From the NCBI GenBank assembly GCA_009602725.1, contig WELB01000020.1, positions 949,158-1,002,203 of the forward strand: a DNA stretch of 53,046 bases. Direction: 5' to 3'. The translations under genes were made by a program, and so were the position numbers. Shown piece by piece: positions 52,001 to 53,046 of the stretch. This DNA is from Spirogloea muscicola (taxonomy: Eukaryota). Within the stretch, counting starts at the first letter, position 1. Every line of letters begins with the position of its first letter. Below the pieces are notes generated by a model. It ran no database searches. It was not told where the DNA came from and saw nothing but the letters and a program-made list of their open reading frames with translations.

Positions 52001-53046
52001 CAACAAGGTAATTGTCAAATAGAGTACTGACAGGAGGTCTAGCTCCGCAAGTTTTCCAATGGTGGACGGGATTGATCCTGTTAGTCGATTGCCATAGAGG
52101 TGCCTGAGACATTATCACAGATTTTGTGAGTGGGTCTTTCTCACAAAGTGTCACAGTCAGCATGAGAGAATTCTGCACATCACAGCGACCAGCTTGTGGT
52201 GATTAGCTGCCACTTGGGGTAGCCCATGATTGACTGGAGAGCTTACAATCGCGTTAGCCTTGCCAGTCTGCCGATTGAGGGCGTGATGGTGCCATTAAGG
52301 TCGGCATTCACCACCACTCTGGGACAGGGCCAATCGACACTGGTGTCACTTTCAACGTATTGATTGCACTGACCGCACTCATGCCTTGGTATCACCCAAC
52401 TCAGAAGGGCAGACAGAGGGCCAGTGCCAGTTACCGGTGCCCAAGCAGTGAAGACTCTGCGACAGCGCAAGTCTGCACAGACTTACTGCTAAACAACAAC
52501 GTGTGATGACTGGAGCAATATAAAGGTGCTCGTATCTTGGCTTTGTTGCCTCTTACTAACACTGAGGAAGGTGTGCAGGAAGGAGCAATCGAGTGCGCAG
52601 CCAAGGTGATGGTGGAGGCACTCACAGCGAGCTGACTCGGCTGGTGTTGTCGCACTGGATGCCGTACCAGGAGCACTTGGCGCCGGCGGTTGTGCAGCCG
52701 GCGCAGGGGTTGGGCCCCACCCAGGTGGACAATATGGCAGGACTTCGCACCGCAGACTTGAAGGACTGCAGCGCTGCCACTGCGTGACGATTCTCCAAGA
52801 GTCAGAGGCAACTCCGACTCGCGGCCTGCACTCGGGCGGCAGTAGCCTGGAGAAGGACGGGCTCACAGTCGGGGTGCGTGGCGAGGAGCTGGCGTCCGGC
52901 GTGGCGCTCTGCGGCGGCGAAGTCCGCCGCCGCTGACAAGAGGACGGGCACGGCGGCGGAGTCAGCCCGGCGGCGGCGACTTGGCCGCGGCAACGCCGGC
53001 GCGGCGGCGGGAGGGCCGCTGACCTGCGCCGAGGAGAGCCGCGGCG
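46080..53046 (-). CDS. secreted LRRNT + LRR + Cys-rich-repeat protein B (start codon beyond window end)
   Basis: AAALLGA|AADFAAAERHAGRQLLATHPD|LAALQSFK...STWVGPNPC...CSWYGIQCDNTSRVSSL (LRRNT), seven single-LRR exons (e.g. NLDHNFLTGSIPSSIGQLAKLSLL), cap exon ~49847-50067, nine Cys-module exons and terminal exon 46080-46352. Confidence 0.88.

Overview
Intron-rich, GC-rich eukaryotic nuclear DNA from a green plant lineage. A streptophyte alga is inferred from the plastid-protein genes and plant-type LRRs. The draft assembly has N gaps, two of them flanked by poly-T/poly-A. The left ~17 kb is a compact housekeeping block: an APO-domain RNA-binding protein, Shewanella-like phosphatase SLP1, CCT8, LQY1, a TrmO/TsaA tRNA methyltransferase and a type I signal peptidase. 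The right ~35 kb is accessory. It holds a tail-to-tail pair of fungal-type (Nha1/Sod2-like) Na+/H+ antiporters and a convergent pair of secreted proteins with an unusual design: one LRR per exon, then 7-9 hypervariable four-cysteine modules, one per exon, then a conserved Cys-rich terminal domain, with no TM or kinase. Between these lies a bacterial PstS-like secreted phosphate-binding gene with an in-frame TGA, preceded by a 1.2-kb foldback repeat carrying P1BS/GARP-like motifs. Many RT-less 3' fragments of an RLE (CRE/R2-group) non-LTR retrotransposon, a MITE and decayed LTR/Gag remnants fill the rest. Exon coordinates were read by eye and are approximate.
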